A DNA stretch of 64,000 nucleotides. It comes from Candidatus Thorarchaeota archaeon. GTDB lineage: Archaea > Asgardarchaeota > Thorarchaeia > Thorarchaeales > Thorarchaeaceae. This document shows, piece by piece, positions 49,543 to 60,466 of the stretch. Position 1 is the stretch's first letter; every line of letters starts with the position of its first letter. The DNA is taken from contig JAWOEX010000009.1 of assembly GCA_046482545.1 (NCBI GenBank), positions 1 to 64,000 of the forward strand, read 5' to 3'. The position numbers were made by a program, and so were the translations under genes. The notes under the pieces are model-generated. The model did not search any database. It saw only the letters and a program-made list of their open reading frames with translations, and was not told where the DNA came from.

Positions 49543-49869
49543 GAGGAGTTCTTTACTCCCTCCTTCTTCTATTTAGAGCATCTTGTGCAGGTGATTATGC
49601 AGCCTCAACCTAAGTCCAGATAGTACCCTATTTCCCTTTTTGATGATGTCCTATCTTATACCCCGACAATCGCCCGGTAATATCCATACTTGCCTTTCTA
49701 TGTTCTCTTTTCTAGTCTCTTCTTGACTATGACAAGTTCAATTGTGTTATTCCATGTTTCGTCTAGATAACCCGTTTACAGTTGGGTTCACTTCCTCAAC
49801 TGTAAAAAAACAGGTTATAATATCTACATTCATATCTAAAGAGAATCACAGTTGGACAGAGGACTTGTC

Positions 49870-50055
49870 ATGCGGCTGATTGCTGTACATCTCCCGGAAC
49901 AGATTGTGTCTGACATAGAGGAACTCGTCACTAATGGTTTCTATCCTAACAGGAGTGAAGCAATCAGAAACGCAATACGTGACCTTTTGAAGCGTGAACT
50001 TTGGAATGGCAAAGTCATAGCTGATGAGACGAAGAGCGAGGCTGTTAACCAATGA
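49870..50055 (+). CDS. cdrS: RHH regulator CdrS-like
   Basis: LV..G.YPNRSEAIRNAIRDLL, overlapping ftsZ start. Confidence 0.8.
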   Translation: MRLIAVHLPEQIVSDIEELVTNGFYPNRSEAIRNAIRDLLKRELWNGKVIADETKSEAVNQ

Positions 50056-51317
50056 AATCTCTAATTGATTCGGCACGTGACCACAGTAAACATGAACAAA
50101 GAGATTCCAAAAACCGCGATATGGGACAAGCTCGAATCCTTGTCGTTGGCTGTGGTGGTGCAGGCAATAATACAGTAAAACGACTCATGACTATTGGAGT
50201 ACAGGGAGCTGAATGTGTTGCAGTGAATACTGATCGGCAACATCTTTCAGTTACAACCGCTCATCGCAAGCTACTCATTGGTGAGAGAATTACCCGGGGT
50301 CTCGGTGCAGGGGGCTATCCCCATGTCGGGCAGGCTGCAGCTGAGGAATCATCCCACGAGCTAACAGAGTTGCTGCGAGATGCTGATTTGGTATTCATTG
50401 CTGCCGGTATGGGTGGCGGAACTGGCACGGGGGCTGCTCCCGTTGTGGCTAAGATAGCAAAGAAGAATGATGCCATAGTTGTCGGTGTAGTTACTATGCC
50501 GTTTGAACTCGAACGGACTCGCATTGACAAAGCGAAATCAGGCTTGGCTCGACTGCAAAAGAACGCAGACACAGTAGTTGTCATAGATAACCAGAAGCTC
50601 ATGGAATTAGTGCCTGACCTTCCGCTGGAAGAGGCCTTTGGTGTTGCCGATGAAGTGCTTGCTGGCATGGTAAAAGGCATCACTGAAACAATCACGATGC
50701 CTAGTTTAATCAACCTCGACTACGCTGATGTCCGCTCTATCATATGTAACGGTGGTGTGGCTCTGGTTGGGCTGGGAGAGGCAAGTGATGAGAATCGGGC
50801 AGAAGAAGCTATTAAGAACGCATTGAACAGCCCCCTTCTTGAGGTAGAATGGACCGGGGCAACTGGTGCACTTATCCACATAACAGGCGGACCTGATATG
50901 TCGCTTTCGGAAGCAAACAATGTCGGCCAAATCGTATCCGATAGGATGAGTGATTCTGCTAATGTAATCTGGGGTGCACGTGTAGATCCACGATTGAGTG
51001 GAATACTGCGCGTGATGCTCATTCTAACTGGCGTAAAGAGCCCACAGCTGCTTCCCCGTTCAAAGGAATCCAAAACAGAGGAGAAAGATACATCAGTTAC
51101 GCGGAAACGGCTTGCCGAGTTCGGTCTTTTCAGCAACCCCTCTCCCGCAAACACCAAGGCACAATCTCAATCGATTGGCAAATTTCCGCCGGTTCGGAGC
51201 CGCTCTTGGGAAGATAGATTGAAGCCTCCAAGTGAACGCTTCGAACGGCGAAAGCAACAGAAGAAGGAAGAAAAGAAACCGAAACTGGATGATTTGGGCT
51301 TGAAGAGAATCTTCTAA
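50052..51317 (+). CDS. ftsZ: Cell division protein FtsZ
   Basis: GGAGNN, GMGGGTGTG, NLDYAD. Confidence 0.97.
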   Translation: MKSLIDSARDHSKHEQRDSKNRDMGQARILVVGCGGAGNNTVKRLMTIGVQGAECVAVNTDRQHLSVTTAHRKLLIGERITRGLGAGGYPHVGQAAAEESSHELTELLRDADLVFIAAGMGGGTGTGAAPVVAKIAKKNDAIVVGVVTMPFELERTRIDKAKSGLARLQKNADTVVVIDNQKLMELVPDLPLEEAFGVADEVLAGMVKGITETITMPSLINLDYADVRSIICNGGVALVGLGEASDENRAEEAIKNALNSPLLEVEWTGATGALIHITGGPDMSLSEANNVGQIVSDRMSDSANVIWGARVDPRLSGILRVMLILTGVKSPQLLPRSKESKTEEKDTSVTRKRLAEFGLFSNPSPANTKAQSQSIGKFPPVRSRSWEDRLKPPSERFERRKQQKKEEKKPKLDDLGLKRIF

Positions 51318-51475
51318 AGCCCTTTGTCGATCCCCTTCTCAGTTAATTATATGTCAGACGGCTAGATTCATGTATCCCCATCAATTCGGTGAGACTTATC
51401 TCTTGTCGGTGTTTGGGACCTAATATCAGCTGCCTTGACAACGCGGTGGTTATTACCATAGCATCGACGTTTTGT

Positions 51476-51916
51476 CTATTGCAGCCCGTGATCTTCTAGC
51501 CATTCATCTGCAATACTCTTCACTCTTTCATAGAGCGGACCGCTGCCTTCGACTCCTTCAGGAGTGATACGAACCTTGTTCATGACAACTATGACTGCAG
51601 TATCTGGATAGTATCGTACTCCGCCTGGAGGGAAGCTACTCTCAAGTTCCCTTGCAAGCCCTTCAAGGCTGACTTCTTTTTCGGATAGTGAGAAAGAAGC
51701 AATACTATCGCCGTAGATGAACATCTTGGGAATGTTCTGGTTTTCTTCTGTGTGAACTTCTGCGAGGACAATACTGAGGCTTTCCTTGTCAATCCCTCTG
51801 ATTGTACCCGAGTAGACTTCACCGCTTTTCAGTTTCACTTCCACACTGGCGCCAACCACTGCTGCAAGTTCTCTGTTAAATGCTCTCATTGAAGCGACAT
51901 CAGACAAATATCTCAC
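51476..51916 (-). CDS. Sm-like protein with C-terminal domain (SmAP3 type)
   Basis: Sm1/Sm2 fold then V..EGVEGSGP domain. Confidence 0.8.
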   Translation of the reverse strand: MRYLSDVASMRAFNRELAAVVGASVEVKLKSGEVYSGTIRGIDKESLSIVLAEVHTEENQNIPKMFIYGDSIASFSLSEKEVSLEGLARELESSFPPGGVRYYPDTAVIVVMNKVRITPEGVEGSGPLYERVKSIADEWLEDHGLQ

Positions 51917-52049
51917 CTTTGATTGATTATACTACTCAAAAAATCGGTTATGCTGTTTTAAAAGTGGTGCTAATGGCGGTAGTGTTAGCCTATTTCCCCC
52001 TTGGTCATAGGGAATTAATTATTAGCTCCTTGGCCTTGTTGGCAATCGT

Positions 52050-52889
52050 GTGAACACCTTGACCACTTCAAATCAACATTTTTCACGAGCGTACTTACGT
52101 GAGGAGGCTCTACCTTCTCCTTTCTGCCCCGGCTGCGGCAACGGTATCACCATCAACTGCTTCTTCAAGGCCCTTCGCGATTTGGGGCACGAAACTCTCG
52201 ATGGATTCGCGTTTGTTTCGGGAATCGGTTGTGGTGCTTGGATTCCATCTCCGCATTTCGATGCTGATACGCTCCACACCACTCACGGAAGGGCTGTTGC
52301 CTTTGCTACAGGTCTCAAGCTTGCACGTCCAGAACTGAAAGTCGTAGTAATTTCTGGCGATGGTGACATTGCAGGTATCGGTGGCAACCATCTTGTACAT
52401 GCAGCTCGTCGCAACGTCGATATGACGGTGATTTGCAGCAACAATTACAACTACGGTATGACTGGCGGCCAAGTGAGTGCCACAACTTTTGCTGGCGACA
52501 CCACCTCTACCACACCTTATGGTAATCCTGAACGACCTTTTGACCTATCCCGTCTGGTTACAATGGCTGGTGCAAATTATGTCGCAAGATGGACCACAGC
52601 TCATCCTTTCCAAGCATCTAGGTCCATAAAAGCGGCTTTAGAACATGAAGGTTTCACATTCATCGAGATGCTGAGTCAGTGTCCTACTGCCTACGGAAGA
52701 CGCGCCAAGATTGGGGATTCCCAAGATTTCTTTGATTGGTTCAAGAGCTTGCGCATCAGAAAGAAAGGTGAGCCGCTCCATTACCGTGTTCCGACAAAGG
52801 AGAACATCGATCTGGGTGTGTTTGTTGATAGGAACGAAAAAGGATACAAGCCAGCACTCAGCGAAACTGTTGTACCGAAGAGGCACTGA
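52050..52889 (+). CDS. korB: 2-oxoacid:ferredoxin oxidoreductase beta subunit
   Basis: FCPGCG, SGIGC, HGR, GDGD, YGMTGGQ. Confidence 0.9.
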   Translation: MNTLTTSNQHFSRAYLREEALPSPFCPGCGNGITINCFFKALRDLGHETLDGFAFVSGIGCGAWIPSPHFDADTLHTTHGRAVAFATGLKLARPELKVVVISGDGDIAGIGGNHLVHAARRNVDMTVICSNNYNYGMTGGQVSATTFAGDTTSTTPYGNPERPFDLSRLVTMAGANYVARWTTAHPFQASRSIKAALEHEGFTFIEMLSQCPTAYGRRAKIGDSQDFFDWFKSLRIRKKGEPLHYRVPTKENIDLGVFVDRNEKGYKPALSETVVPKRH

Positions 52890-52894
52890 TAGCA

Positions 52895-53422
52895 ATGCAG
52901 AAAGAAATTCGAATTGCTGGCACAGGCGGCATGGGTGTAGTACTGGCTGGAGTGATAGTTGGTCATTCTGCAGTGGTCTATGGTGGTCTGAATGCGGTAC
53001 AGAGCCAGAGCTATGGGTCGGAAGCTAGAGGCACAGCTGCAAAAAGCGAAGTCATCGTAGGTGATGGTGACATCCATTTTCCAAAGGTGAGAAAATCAGA
53101 TTTCTTCGTCGTGATGAGCCAATCAGCTCTTGACAAGTACATTGATGACGCAAAACCAGACAGCTTGGTTATAGCAGATCCGGATCTTGTGGATACATCT
53201 GGTCTTGAAGAGAACTATGAGCTCGTCACGGTTCCTGCTATGAAGACTGCAGATGACCTTGGTGTTCGCTTGGCTTCAAATATGGTAATGCTAGGCGCTC
53301 TTGTAGAGAAATCCGGCTTATTTTCGCTAGAGGCATTAGAAGGCGGAGTCAATGATATGGTTCCGGAAAGATACCTTAAAATCGATAAGAAAGCTATACA
53401 CGCTGGTGCTGAGCTCGTTTAG
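52895..53422 (+). CDS. korC: 2-oxoacid:ferredoxin oxidoreductase gamma subunit
   Basis: AGTGGMGV, YGSEARG, NMVMLGA. Confidence 0.9.
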   Translation: MQKEIRIAGTGGMGVVLAGVIVGHSAVVYGGLNAVQSQSYGSEARGTAAKSEVIVGDGDIHFPKVRKSDFFVVMSQSALDKYIDDAKPDSLVIADPDLVDTSGLEENYELVTVPAMKTADDLGVRLASNMVMLGALVEKSGLFSLEALEGGVNDMVPERYLKIDKKAIHAGAELV

Positions 53423-53697
53423 CCGCCATGTATGAGCGGTAGAATCAGCAGACTATCTCCGTCATCTAGCCGTGTATCAAGACCATCGAACAAAGTCATA
53501 TCTTTCTCATTGAGAAGTACCATAGTATTCCGGGTCACGGCTTCCACATCAGAGAATATCTGTTCGAGTTCTTTATTCTGCTGTAGAAGCTTGCCTAGAA
53601 CGTCTCGAATCTTACTGTGGTCCATTGCATTAACTAGATATATTGTCTGGATTCCATAGCTTTCCAGAGGACCGCGAAATTCAACTTTAATTGTCAT
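53419..53697 (-). CDS. MoaD/ThiS (SAMP-like) ubiquitin-fold protein
   Basis: GLDT.L.DGD..ILP, C-terminal GG. Confidence 0.88.
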   Translation of the reverse strand: MTIKVEFRGPLESYGIQTIYLVNAMDHSKIRDVLGKLLQQNKELEQIFSDVEAVTRNTMVLLNEKDMTLFDGLDTRLDDGDSLLILPLIHGG

Positions 53698-53944
53698 GAC
53701 CTTCAAACCATTGAGAAACTCATATAGTTGATAAACACCACGGCATGGACTCGGAAAGCCTAGACTTGAATAACAACTTCTATGTTTTGTTCAAGATTTT
53801 GTGTGTCACCTGATTCTCGTGCCATCGAATCCTGACCAAAATGGATAGCGCAAACGATAACTTATTCATGGGATGCTTGATTTCTCGGCAATCCAATACA
53901 ATGAAGTTATTGTAACCTGAAAGTATGATAGACAACTCAATATA

Positions 53945-55498
53945 TTGATGGATGTGAATACCTTGGGGCAAGAAGAGCGGGAGACTGATGAATCACTTGA
54001 GGGAAATGAGGAAACATCTCCTGAGGGACAAGAAATAGTCCAATCAAGTCTTCCTGCCCGGCTTCTTGGTTTTGAAAACCCAACGGAAAATGCTCTCTAC
54101 CTTGCTAAGGTACTCACTATTCTCATACCGCTCTTTGCAGGCACCTTCCAGCTGAGCACGAGTTTCTACATGATTCACATAGCAGAAACTCTAGGTGGAG
54201 GAAGCTACGACCAAGGGCTAACCTTAGTTGGCATCTTGGTCGTGATTCAGCTCGCTGTACAAACCCTCCTAGACTATCCCACAGGAGTGATTGGCGATTG
54301 GATCGGACAGCGTTACGTCATCGCGTGCGCATTGTTCAGCTATGCTGTTGCATTCTGGCTGACTGCAACGGTGACTCCGGACACGCCATTCTCGGTATTC
54401 ATAGTAATCTACGCGCTAATGGGATTTGGAGCATCTCAGGAAAGTGGGGCCTTCCAAGCTTGGTTCGACAATAACTACCGCATCGCAATGCCGCACGATG
54501 AAAAACGAGAATCTTATGGCGCGTTCTGGGGTAAAGTTGGTTCTATAAACCAGATATTCGCCACTTTGGTTCTTATCCCTGGAAGCTGGCTTGCAGTAAT
54601 ATATGCGCGAGAACTTGTCTTCAGACTCCAAGCTATTCTGGCCGTCCTTCTGGCACTAATGGTCTTGAAACTGATTAAGGACCTGCCAGGCGTTCGAGGC
54701 GAAGATGAAGAGAGCCGATCATTTGAGGAGTATACTTCCATCATGAAGCGTGGAGTCCGTTTCCTTGTTTCAGATCCTTTTGTTATCTTCTTCATACTGG
54801 GGGAAGTCCTGCTCCTTAGCGTTGGCCCACTTTGGTGGAATCTGCTGCTATTTCCACTGTACTTCAACTACCTGGTTACCGAAGTCGCTGTTTCCTCCTA
54901 CAGGACGCTGATATTCGTACCAAACGCGGTCTTTCAGGAGCGAACTGGCATATGGGCCAAACGATTTGAACCAAAGAAATGGATTCCGCGATTTCGCCTT
55001 GCACAGTTCAATGGTTTTCTTGCATTACTTGGGCTTGCGGCTCTCACCTTTGTGTTTCCACGGGCACCTGCAGGTGCTGAAATGGTAAATATCGTAATTC
55101 CGTATCTTAATCTTGCAATCATTGAAGTTCCCACTGTTTCACTGGTCCCTGTACTGCTGATGTTCATCATTTTCGTAGTAACAGGCATATTTGGCGGGCT
55201 TGCCAGCATACTAAGTCAGCGTATTATGATAGATGTTGTTCCCAATAAGATTAGAAACAGTCTCTATTCGTTACGTCCGACTTTGGTAATGATTCTGTCA
55301 ATGCCACTGATAGCGTTCTTTGGTTGGTTTAAGCCAGCTTTCGGTTTTCCTGCTACCTTCGCTCTTTGTGCTATCATCCCTCTACTCGGAGTATTGGCGA
55401 CGAAGAAGGCCCTTAGCTACCCGATACCGAAAGCCGAACTGGTGAAGCCTGCTACCGAGGATGAGCGAGAAGAAGTTGAAGAGCTAGACGTGACCTAA
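53945..55498 (+). CDS. MFS transporter
   Basis: DYPTG..GD..G.R motif, SGAFQAW, about 12 TM. Confidence 0.85.
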   Translation: MMDVNTLGQEERETDESLEGNEETSPEGQEIVQSSLPARLLGFENPTENALYLAKVLTILIPLFAGTFQLSTSFYMIHIAETLGGGSYDQGLTLVGILVVIQLAVQTLLDYPTGVIGDWIGQRYVIACALFSYAVAFWLTATVTPDTPFSVFIVIYALMGFGASQESGAFQAWFDNNYRIAMPHDEKRESYGAFWGKVGSINQIFATLVLIPGSWLAVIYARELVFRLQAILAVLLALMVLKLIKDLPGVRGEDEESRSFEEYTSIMKRGVRFLVSDPFVIFFILGEVLLLSVGPLWWNLLLFPLYFNYLVTEVAVSSYRTLIFVPNAVFQERTGIWAKRFEPKKWIPRFRLAQFNGFLALLGLAALTFVFPRAPAGAEMVNIVIPYLNLAIIEVPTVSLVPVLLMFIIFVVTGIFGGLASILSQRIMIDVVPNKIRNSLYSLRPTLVMILSMPLIAFFGWFKPAFGFPATFALCAIIPLLGVLATKKALSYPIPKAELVKPATEDEREEVEELDVT

Positions 55499-56449
55499 TG
55501 CTTTCCTTACCATCACCACGTTGATTTCGCCTGCACGGTAAATCATCTCCGCATCTATATCCATGATTGAGACTTGTGCAGGACTAAAGAGCCGCTGATT
55601 CCTATCATTGGGATTGTAGTCTGCGTCCTTATATAACTTCGAAAATGACTTCCCGTAGCTTTCCGAGTAGTTCGAACATGCCTCCTGAACCATCTCTTCA
55701 AGGTTGATATCTTCTTCTGGAGTAACGAAGAAATGTGTTCTCCCACCATATGCTAAACATTCATTGCTGGCTACCATCGCAAGATAATCATCGTCCATTT
55801 TCGGACGGAAAGGTGCTACCCCATATCCACTCCTGAATTGACTTGGTTTCATTCCCAGTTTGTATAGCCTATAGATACCGACTTCGACGGTCCTTGCCGC
55901 TATCTGGACAGAACCTGCGATACTGGCAGTCGGAACAAGAACACAATAGAGGTTAGATGGGAGAACGTCACAAGTGTCTGCTATTGACTCCAGCACGTTA
56001 TCCGGAGGATATTGGCGCGTTTCCAGAACAAGCACTGCACAACCCCCATCATCAGCATAACCAATGTTATCAAAGAGATTTGTCTCGACTCTAGCTCTTG
56101 CTTGGGCAGGACCCGACCCCATGGCCGAATACTCGGGATATCTCAACCTCCATCTTGCTAATTGTGAACCGAGTGTTGCAATGACAGGTTCTTGTGTCGC
56201 CACCATGACACCCTGAACGGTCATGTCTCCAATATGTACTTGGACGATACGGACTGCAGCTAGGCCACCCATACAGATCTTCCCAATCAATCTGCCTGCT
56301 TCAACGGAGCCTGCGACTTCTATTCCTGCATCAACAAGCGTTGCTCCGCATGTGGTGTGTGTTACCTTGCAGCCCAATTCATTGGGTCTTTCCGTGAGAT
56401 TCTGGAGTATTTGCAAAGCCCTTTCGTTGATGCTTGGACTCAGACTCAT
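55484..56449 (-). CDS. mch: Methenyl-H4MPT cyclohydrolase-like protein
   Basis: DAG, ICMGGL, MGSGPA, PTASIAGSVQ..R..E, YGG, FSPA. Confidence 0.85.
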   Translation of the reverse strand: MSLSPSINERALQILQNLTERPNELGCKVTHTTCGATLVDAGIEVAGSVEAGRLIGKICMGGLAAVRIVQVHIGDMTVQGVMVATQEPVIATLGSQLARWRLRYPEYSAMGSGPAQARARVETNLFDNIGYADDGGCAVLVLETRQYPPDNVLESIADTCDVLPSNLYCVLVPTASIAGSVQIAARTVEVGIYRLYKLGMKPSQFRSGYGVAPFRPKMDDDYLAMVASNECLAYGGRTHFFVTPEEDINLEEMVQEACSNYSESYGKSFSKLYKDADYNPNDRNQRLFSPAQVSIMDIDAEMIYRAGEINVVMVRKALGHV

Positions 56450-56619
56450 ACAATCTACCCGTTTTCTATTGAAATATATTATAGCCTGAAACGCGCGCGC
56501 TCTTCATAAACCCTTTAGGTACAAATCTTTAGTCACAAGTAGAAAACTTTAAGGCCGTTGTAATAGCCGAGAGCGCTGTGCCTCGGTCTGCAATCATGTG
56601 ACCCGGTTCATGGATGCAA

Positions 56620-56756
56620 GCCCCAGTAGCTCAGCCTGGTTAGATCGCATCCTTGGTATGGACGTCCGATTTCCGGACTAGCCGAACAGGATGAGGCCGC
56701 GGGTTCGAGGAAGCTATTGATTCCCAGTAGTTTCGAAACTCCCGCCTGGGGCTCCA
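56620..56756 (+). tRNA. tRNA-Thr(GGT) with two introns: 37/38 (56659-56687) and T-loop 59/60 (56710-56739)
   Basis: BHB helices UUGG/CCGA and UUCG/CGAA; encoded CCA. Confidence 0.9.
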
Positions 56757-56803
56757 CTATTTCTATTTCCATGCAAATTGCCTAGTCCTATTGTTTCTGG
56801 CCG

Positions 56804-57121
56804 GTGCAAAAGCAAATATGGGGCATGTTGCATTGGCATCAGGTCATGTGGAGGAGATTAACTGTGGAGAGAGAATATCCTCCAACCCTACTTCTTACTG
56901 CGCTAGGTGATACTCGTGTTGATCCAATGCATGCGTTGAAAATGACTGCTCGACTTCAATACAATGTGGCCCCTCTTGATGAGGAGCGGCCGATTCTTCT
57001 CTACACGGAGAGCAAGGTGGGGCATGGGGCAGGGACTTCAAAAGAAAGGGCCATAGAAATTATGGTCAAGTCATTCACTTTCAGAGCTCATCATATAGGT
57101 ATGGATATCTCAAGTGAATAG
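56804..57121 (+). pseudogene. Prolyl oligopeptidase C-terminal fragment
   Basis: YPPTLL..DTRVDPMHALK..PILL..GHG (catalytic D/H region only). Confidence 0.7.
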
Positions 57122-57347
57122 ATGTCTGATTCAGAACTGGGAGAATGATAGTGACAATGATACAAATTTACAACCGCTTCAGCCCTTCTTCCATTTTCCC
57201 GAGGTTGTTCAGCTCAAAAGCGGGTTGTTTGTTTCAACTATCTGCATGGCTCGGTTCATGGATGGGTTTGAAATTTTGAGTATCTCGCCTGAGCCGCATC
57301 AACTTATCCTTGGATTACTCAAAGCGGTGGTCGCGAACATAGCCATT

Positions 57348-57695
57348 TTATGCCATCTCAGGTATTTCGGGTCGGGCTGCATCTCGTAGATCCTCTGTTT
57401 TTCTTATACGCTTGAGTGAGCGGTAGATTAAGAAGACGCCAATGATGCTCAAAGCGATGACACCTACCAGAAGGCTCACTACGAATACAATTACGTCGGC
57501 CGGATTGTAGAGATTTGAAGTGGCAATGAGTATAGTCAGCAATGACATGGGTATAGCAAGTATTGCGGTTCCAGTGCGCAACTCTGCAAGGTGTGTTCGC
57601 TTCTCAGCCTCAAGTATTCGAATTATGGATAGCTTAACCCTTATACCCCGAGCTGCGTTCGGTGGTAAATCGATTTCTTCAGATTCAGAATTCAA
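57348..57695 (-). CDS. Small 2-TM membrane protein (DUF202-like)
   Basis: AEKRTHLAELRTG followed by two TM helices. Confidence 0.6.
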   Translation of the reverse strand: MNSESEEIDLPPNAARGIRVKLSIIRILEAEKRTHLAELRTGTAILAIPMSLLTILIATSNLYNPADVIVFVVSLLVGVIALSIIGVFLIYRSLKRIRKTEDLRDAARPEIPEMA

Positions 57696-57754
57696 AAAAA
57701 CCCTCCTCGGAAAGGATTACGGAGTCATTGTGGTCATTGCATTATCTCGCGTTG

Positions 57755-57958
57755 TTATTCGGTGTTTTTCTCGTTCAGCAGTTTCTTTGCCTTTTCTGCC
57801 CCGACTAGCTTTCGAATCTTTCGTTGTGCTTCGGGCGAATCTTTCTTATCGAGTAGTTTTTCGAGCTCCCTCCTTACTGCAGGCGAGAGATCCCGCGCGA
57901 GCTTCTTGAGGCGCTCTTTCCGATCCTTGTCAAAATCGTCAGGCCCTAACAAACTCAA
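57755..57958 (-). CDS. Small charged hypothetical protein
   Basis: 67-codon helical ORF. Confidence 0.5.
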   Translation of the reverse strand: MSLLGPDDFDKDRKERLKKLARDLSPAVRRELEKLLDKKDSPEAQRKIRKLVGAEKAKKLLNEKNTE

Positions 57959-58072
57959 CTTGTCAAACCCATATTAGCTCACTATTTGAGCTTATTTGAC
58001 CTTTATGTTATCAAAGACAGCTACACAACTAAAAAAAGATGGTAGCCGGTATTCCAAATAGTGACTTCAGCC

Positions 58073-60466
58073 ATGTCTAAAAAACTAGGACCTGTTCATG
58101 ATATCGGCATTCAAAAGAACCATGTCGACTACTCCTGTGAAAATGGAAAGGCAAGAATCACAGTAGTCTCTCCTAAAATTGTGAGAGTTCAAGTGACCCG
58201 CGATGAACACTACAGGCAAGAACCATCGGTTGCAGCTGTTGATAGGCAACAAAACGTCTCCCTTGATTTCCGTAGGAAAAATGGCGCATCCATGATTTCA
58301 TGGAGGACTTTCACACTAGCGGTCACTCTAGAAGATGCTGCAATTCGCATCGAGGACCAAACTGGTTCAATCCTAATCGAAACTCCAGCAGGCTTTGGAC
58401 TTGGCTGGCACGATGACAGTTTTGTTTGCAGAATAAAGAGCTCTGGTGGCGAGTACTTCTATGGAATGGGCGAGAAAACAAACGGGCTTGACAAATCCGG
58501 TCTGCATTATGAGATGTGGAATAATGACAATCCACACCACGATTCTGAGACTGACCCGCTGTACCAGAGTGTTCCCTTTTTCATCACATTACGTGACGGA
58601 ACTGCACATGGTATCTTTTTTGATAACACCTTCCGGACTCAATTTGACTTCAGACAACAAAGTGATGATTTCTATTCTTTTGGTGCCCCCGGAGGTCCAA
58701 TCGACTATTACGTGATACTTGGCCCTTCGATAGCAGAGGTGTTGGATGGTTACACCTGGCTGACCGGTCGCCCTCATTTCATGCCTCTATGGGCTTTGGG
58801 GCACCACTGGTCGAGATGGGCGGAGTACGAGAGTCAAGAGGAAGTACTGAACGTTGCTAGCGCCTTCAGAAAACACAATATCCCCTGCGATACCATCACA
58901 CTTGACATCGGCTACATGGATGAATTCAAAATCTTCACATGGAATCCGGAGGTCTTTCCGAACCCGCGCGGATTCGTTAAGAAACTGACAGATTTGGATT
59001 ATCACGTTATGGCTATTATCGATCCAGGCATCAAGCTCGAAGAGGGTTACAGGCTGTATGATGAAGGCATTGAGAATGATTTCTTCCTCAAAGAGAAAGA
59101 CGGTAAGGTGTACGTTGGCCTGGTATGGCCAGGAAGAACAGTATTTCCCGATTTTTATCGCGAGGAAGTGCGAGAGTGGTTTGCTTCTCAGTATGAAGAC
59201 TTCATGCAATCCGGGCTAAGTAATGCAAGCTGGTTAGACATGAATGAACCCAGCAACTGCATGTACCCTGGGCTTCGAGAGGAGTATTCCATGAAGGATG
59301 TTGTAGACTCTAAGGGTAGGCCTTGGGAACCAAGGATGCGGAACAGATACGCTCTTGACATGATGCGCGCTGTTTTCGATGGATTGAAGGAGGTTTTCCC
59401 TGATGAACGTCCCTTTATACTGACTCGAGCTGGGTTTGCCGGCTATCAGCGATATGCGGCCACATGGACTGGCGATAATCATTCTACCTGGGAGTACCTA
59501 GCTCTCTCCATACCGATGCTGCTCAATCTTGGACTATCGGGTATACCATTCTGTGGTGCTGACATCGGCGGTTTTAGTGATGATGTGACACAGGAGCTGT
59601 TGATTCGGTGGTATCAGCTCGGCAGTCTCTATCCTTTTTCCCGCAACCATACGAGAATCAATACTTCACGTCAAGAGCCGTGGGAGCTTGGCGAAGAGGC
59701 CATTGCTAACGCTCGGAAATATATCTCATTCCGATATCGCTTCTTGCGGTACTTCTACTATCTCGCGAAGCAAGCCAACGACTCTGGGCTGCCCATCATG
59801 CGTCCCCTTGTGCTGGAGTTCCAAGATGATCCTACGACGTATGAGATTGATGATCAGTTCATGATCGGCTCAAGCATGATGGCTGCTCCAGTGCTTGAGA
59901 AAGGCGCTGAAAACCGCAGTGTGTATTTCCCACCAGGAGAGTGGTTTGATTACTGGACAAACGAGCGAATTGAAGGCGGCCAGAGAATCACGGTTTCGGC
60001 ACCCCTTGATACCATGCCTGTTTACTTTAGGGGCGGATCAGTAGTTCCAACAGGAGATGTAGTCCAAACTACCGACAAAGACCAAGGCGACCTTCGAATT
60101 CTGGTCTATCCCGAGGGGGAAGACTGCATTGAGTTATACGAAGATGACGGGATTTCTGAGGCTGGTCCGTCGGCTGTAATATTGATGAGCACCTCTTGTG
60201 ATGAAGATAGCCTGTCCATTCACGTATCTGAGAGGCGGGGCGACTGGACACCACCGTCGCGAAACCTGATTATCGAATTCAGGGCCGTTGCAGAAGAACC
60301 CCGTACCATACAAGTAGATGGCACGACTATTCCTGTTGATTTCGCGTCCGCTAACGGTGACCAAGATATGATTGTGCGGGCAGCAGCCTATCATCCCGAA
60401 ACCAGTACCTTCGAAATTGAACTCGAAGATGATGGGGCTGCCCATAAACTCTCATTTCGAAAATGA
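58073..60466 (+). CDS. GH31 alpha-glucosidase
   Basis: WLDMNEPS nucleophile, WTGDN, GADIGGF, RNH. Confidence 0.95.
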   Translation: MSKKLGPVHDIGIQKNHVDYSCENGKARITVVSPKIVRVQVTRDEHYRQEPSVAAVDRQQNVSLDFRRKNGASMISWRTFTLAVTLEDAAIRIEDQTGSILIETPAGFGLGWHDDSFVCRIKSSGGEYFYGMGEKTNGLDKSGLHYEMWNNDNPHHDSETDPLYQSVPFFITLRDGTAHGIFFDNTFRTQFDFRQQSDDFYSFGAPGGPIDYYVILGPSIAEVLDGYTWLTGRPHFMPLWALGHHWSRWAEYESQEEVLNVASAFRKHNIPCDTITLDIGYMDEFKIFTWNPEVFPNPRGFVKKLTDLDYHVMAIIDPGIKLEEGYRLYDEGIENDFFLKEKDGKVYVGLVWPGRTVFPDFYREEVREWFASQYEDFMQSGLSNASWLDMNEPSNCMYPGLREEYSMKDVVDSKGRPWEPRMRNRYALDMMRAVFDGLKEVFPDERPFILTRAGFAGYQRYAATWTGDNHSTWEYLALSIPMLLNLGLSGIPFCGADIGGFSDDVTQELLIRWYQLGSLYPFSRNHTRINTSRQEPWELGEEAIANARKYISFRYRFLRYFYYLAKQANDSGLPIMRPLVLEFQDDPTTYEIDDQFMIGSSMMAAPVLEKGAENRSVYFPPGEWFDYWTNERIEGGQRITVSAPLDTMPVYFRGGSVVPTGDVVQTTDKDQGDLRILVYPEGEDCIELYEDDGISEAGPSAVILMSTSCDEDSLSIHVSERRGDWTPPSRNLIIEFRAVAEEPRTIQVDGTTIPVDFASANGDQDMIVRAAAYHPETSTFEIELEDDGAAHKLSFRK

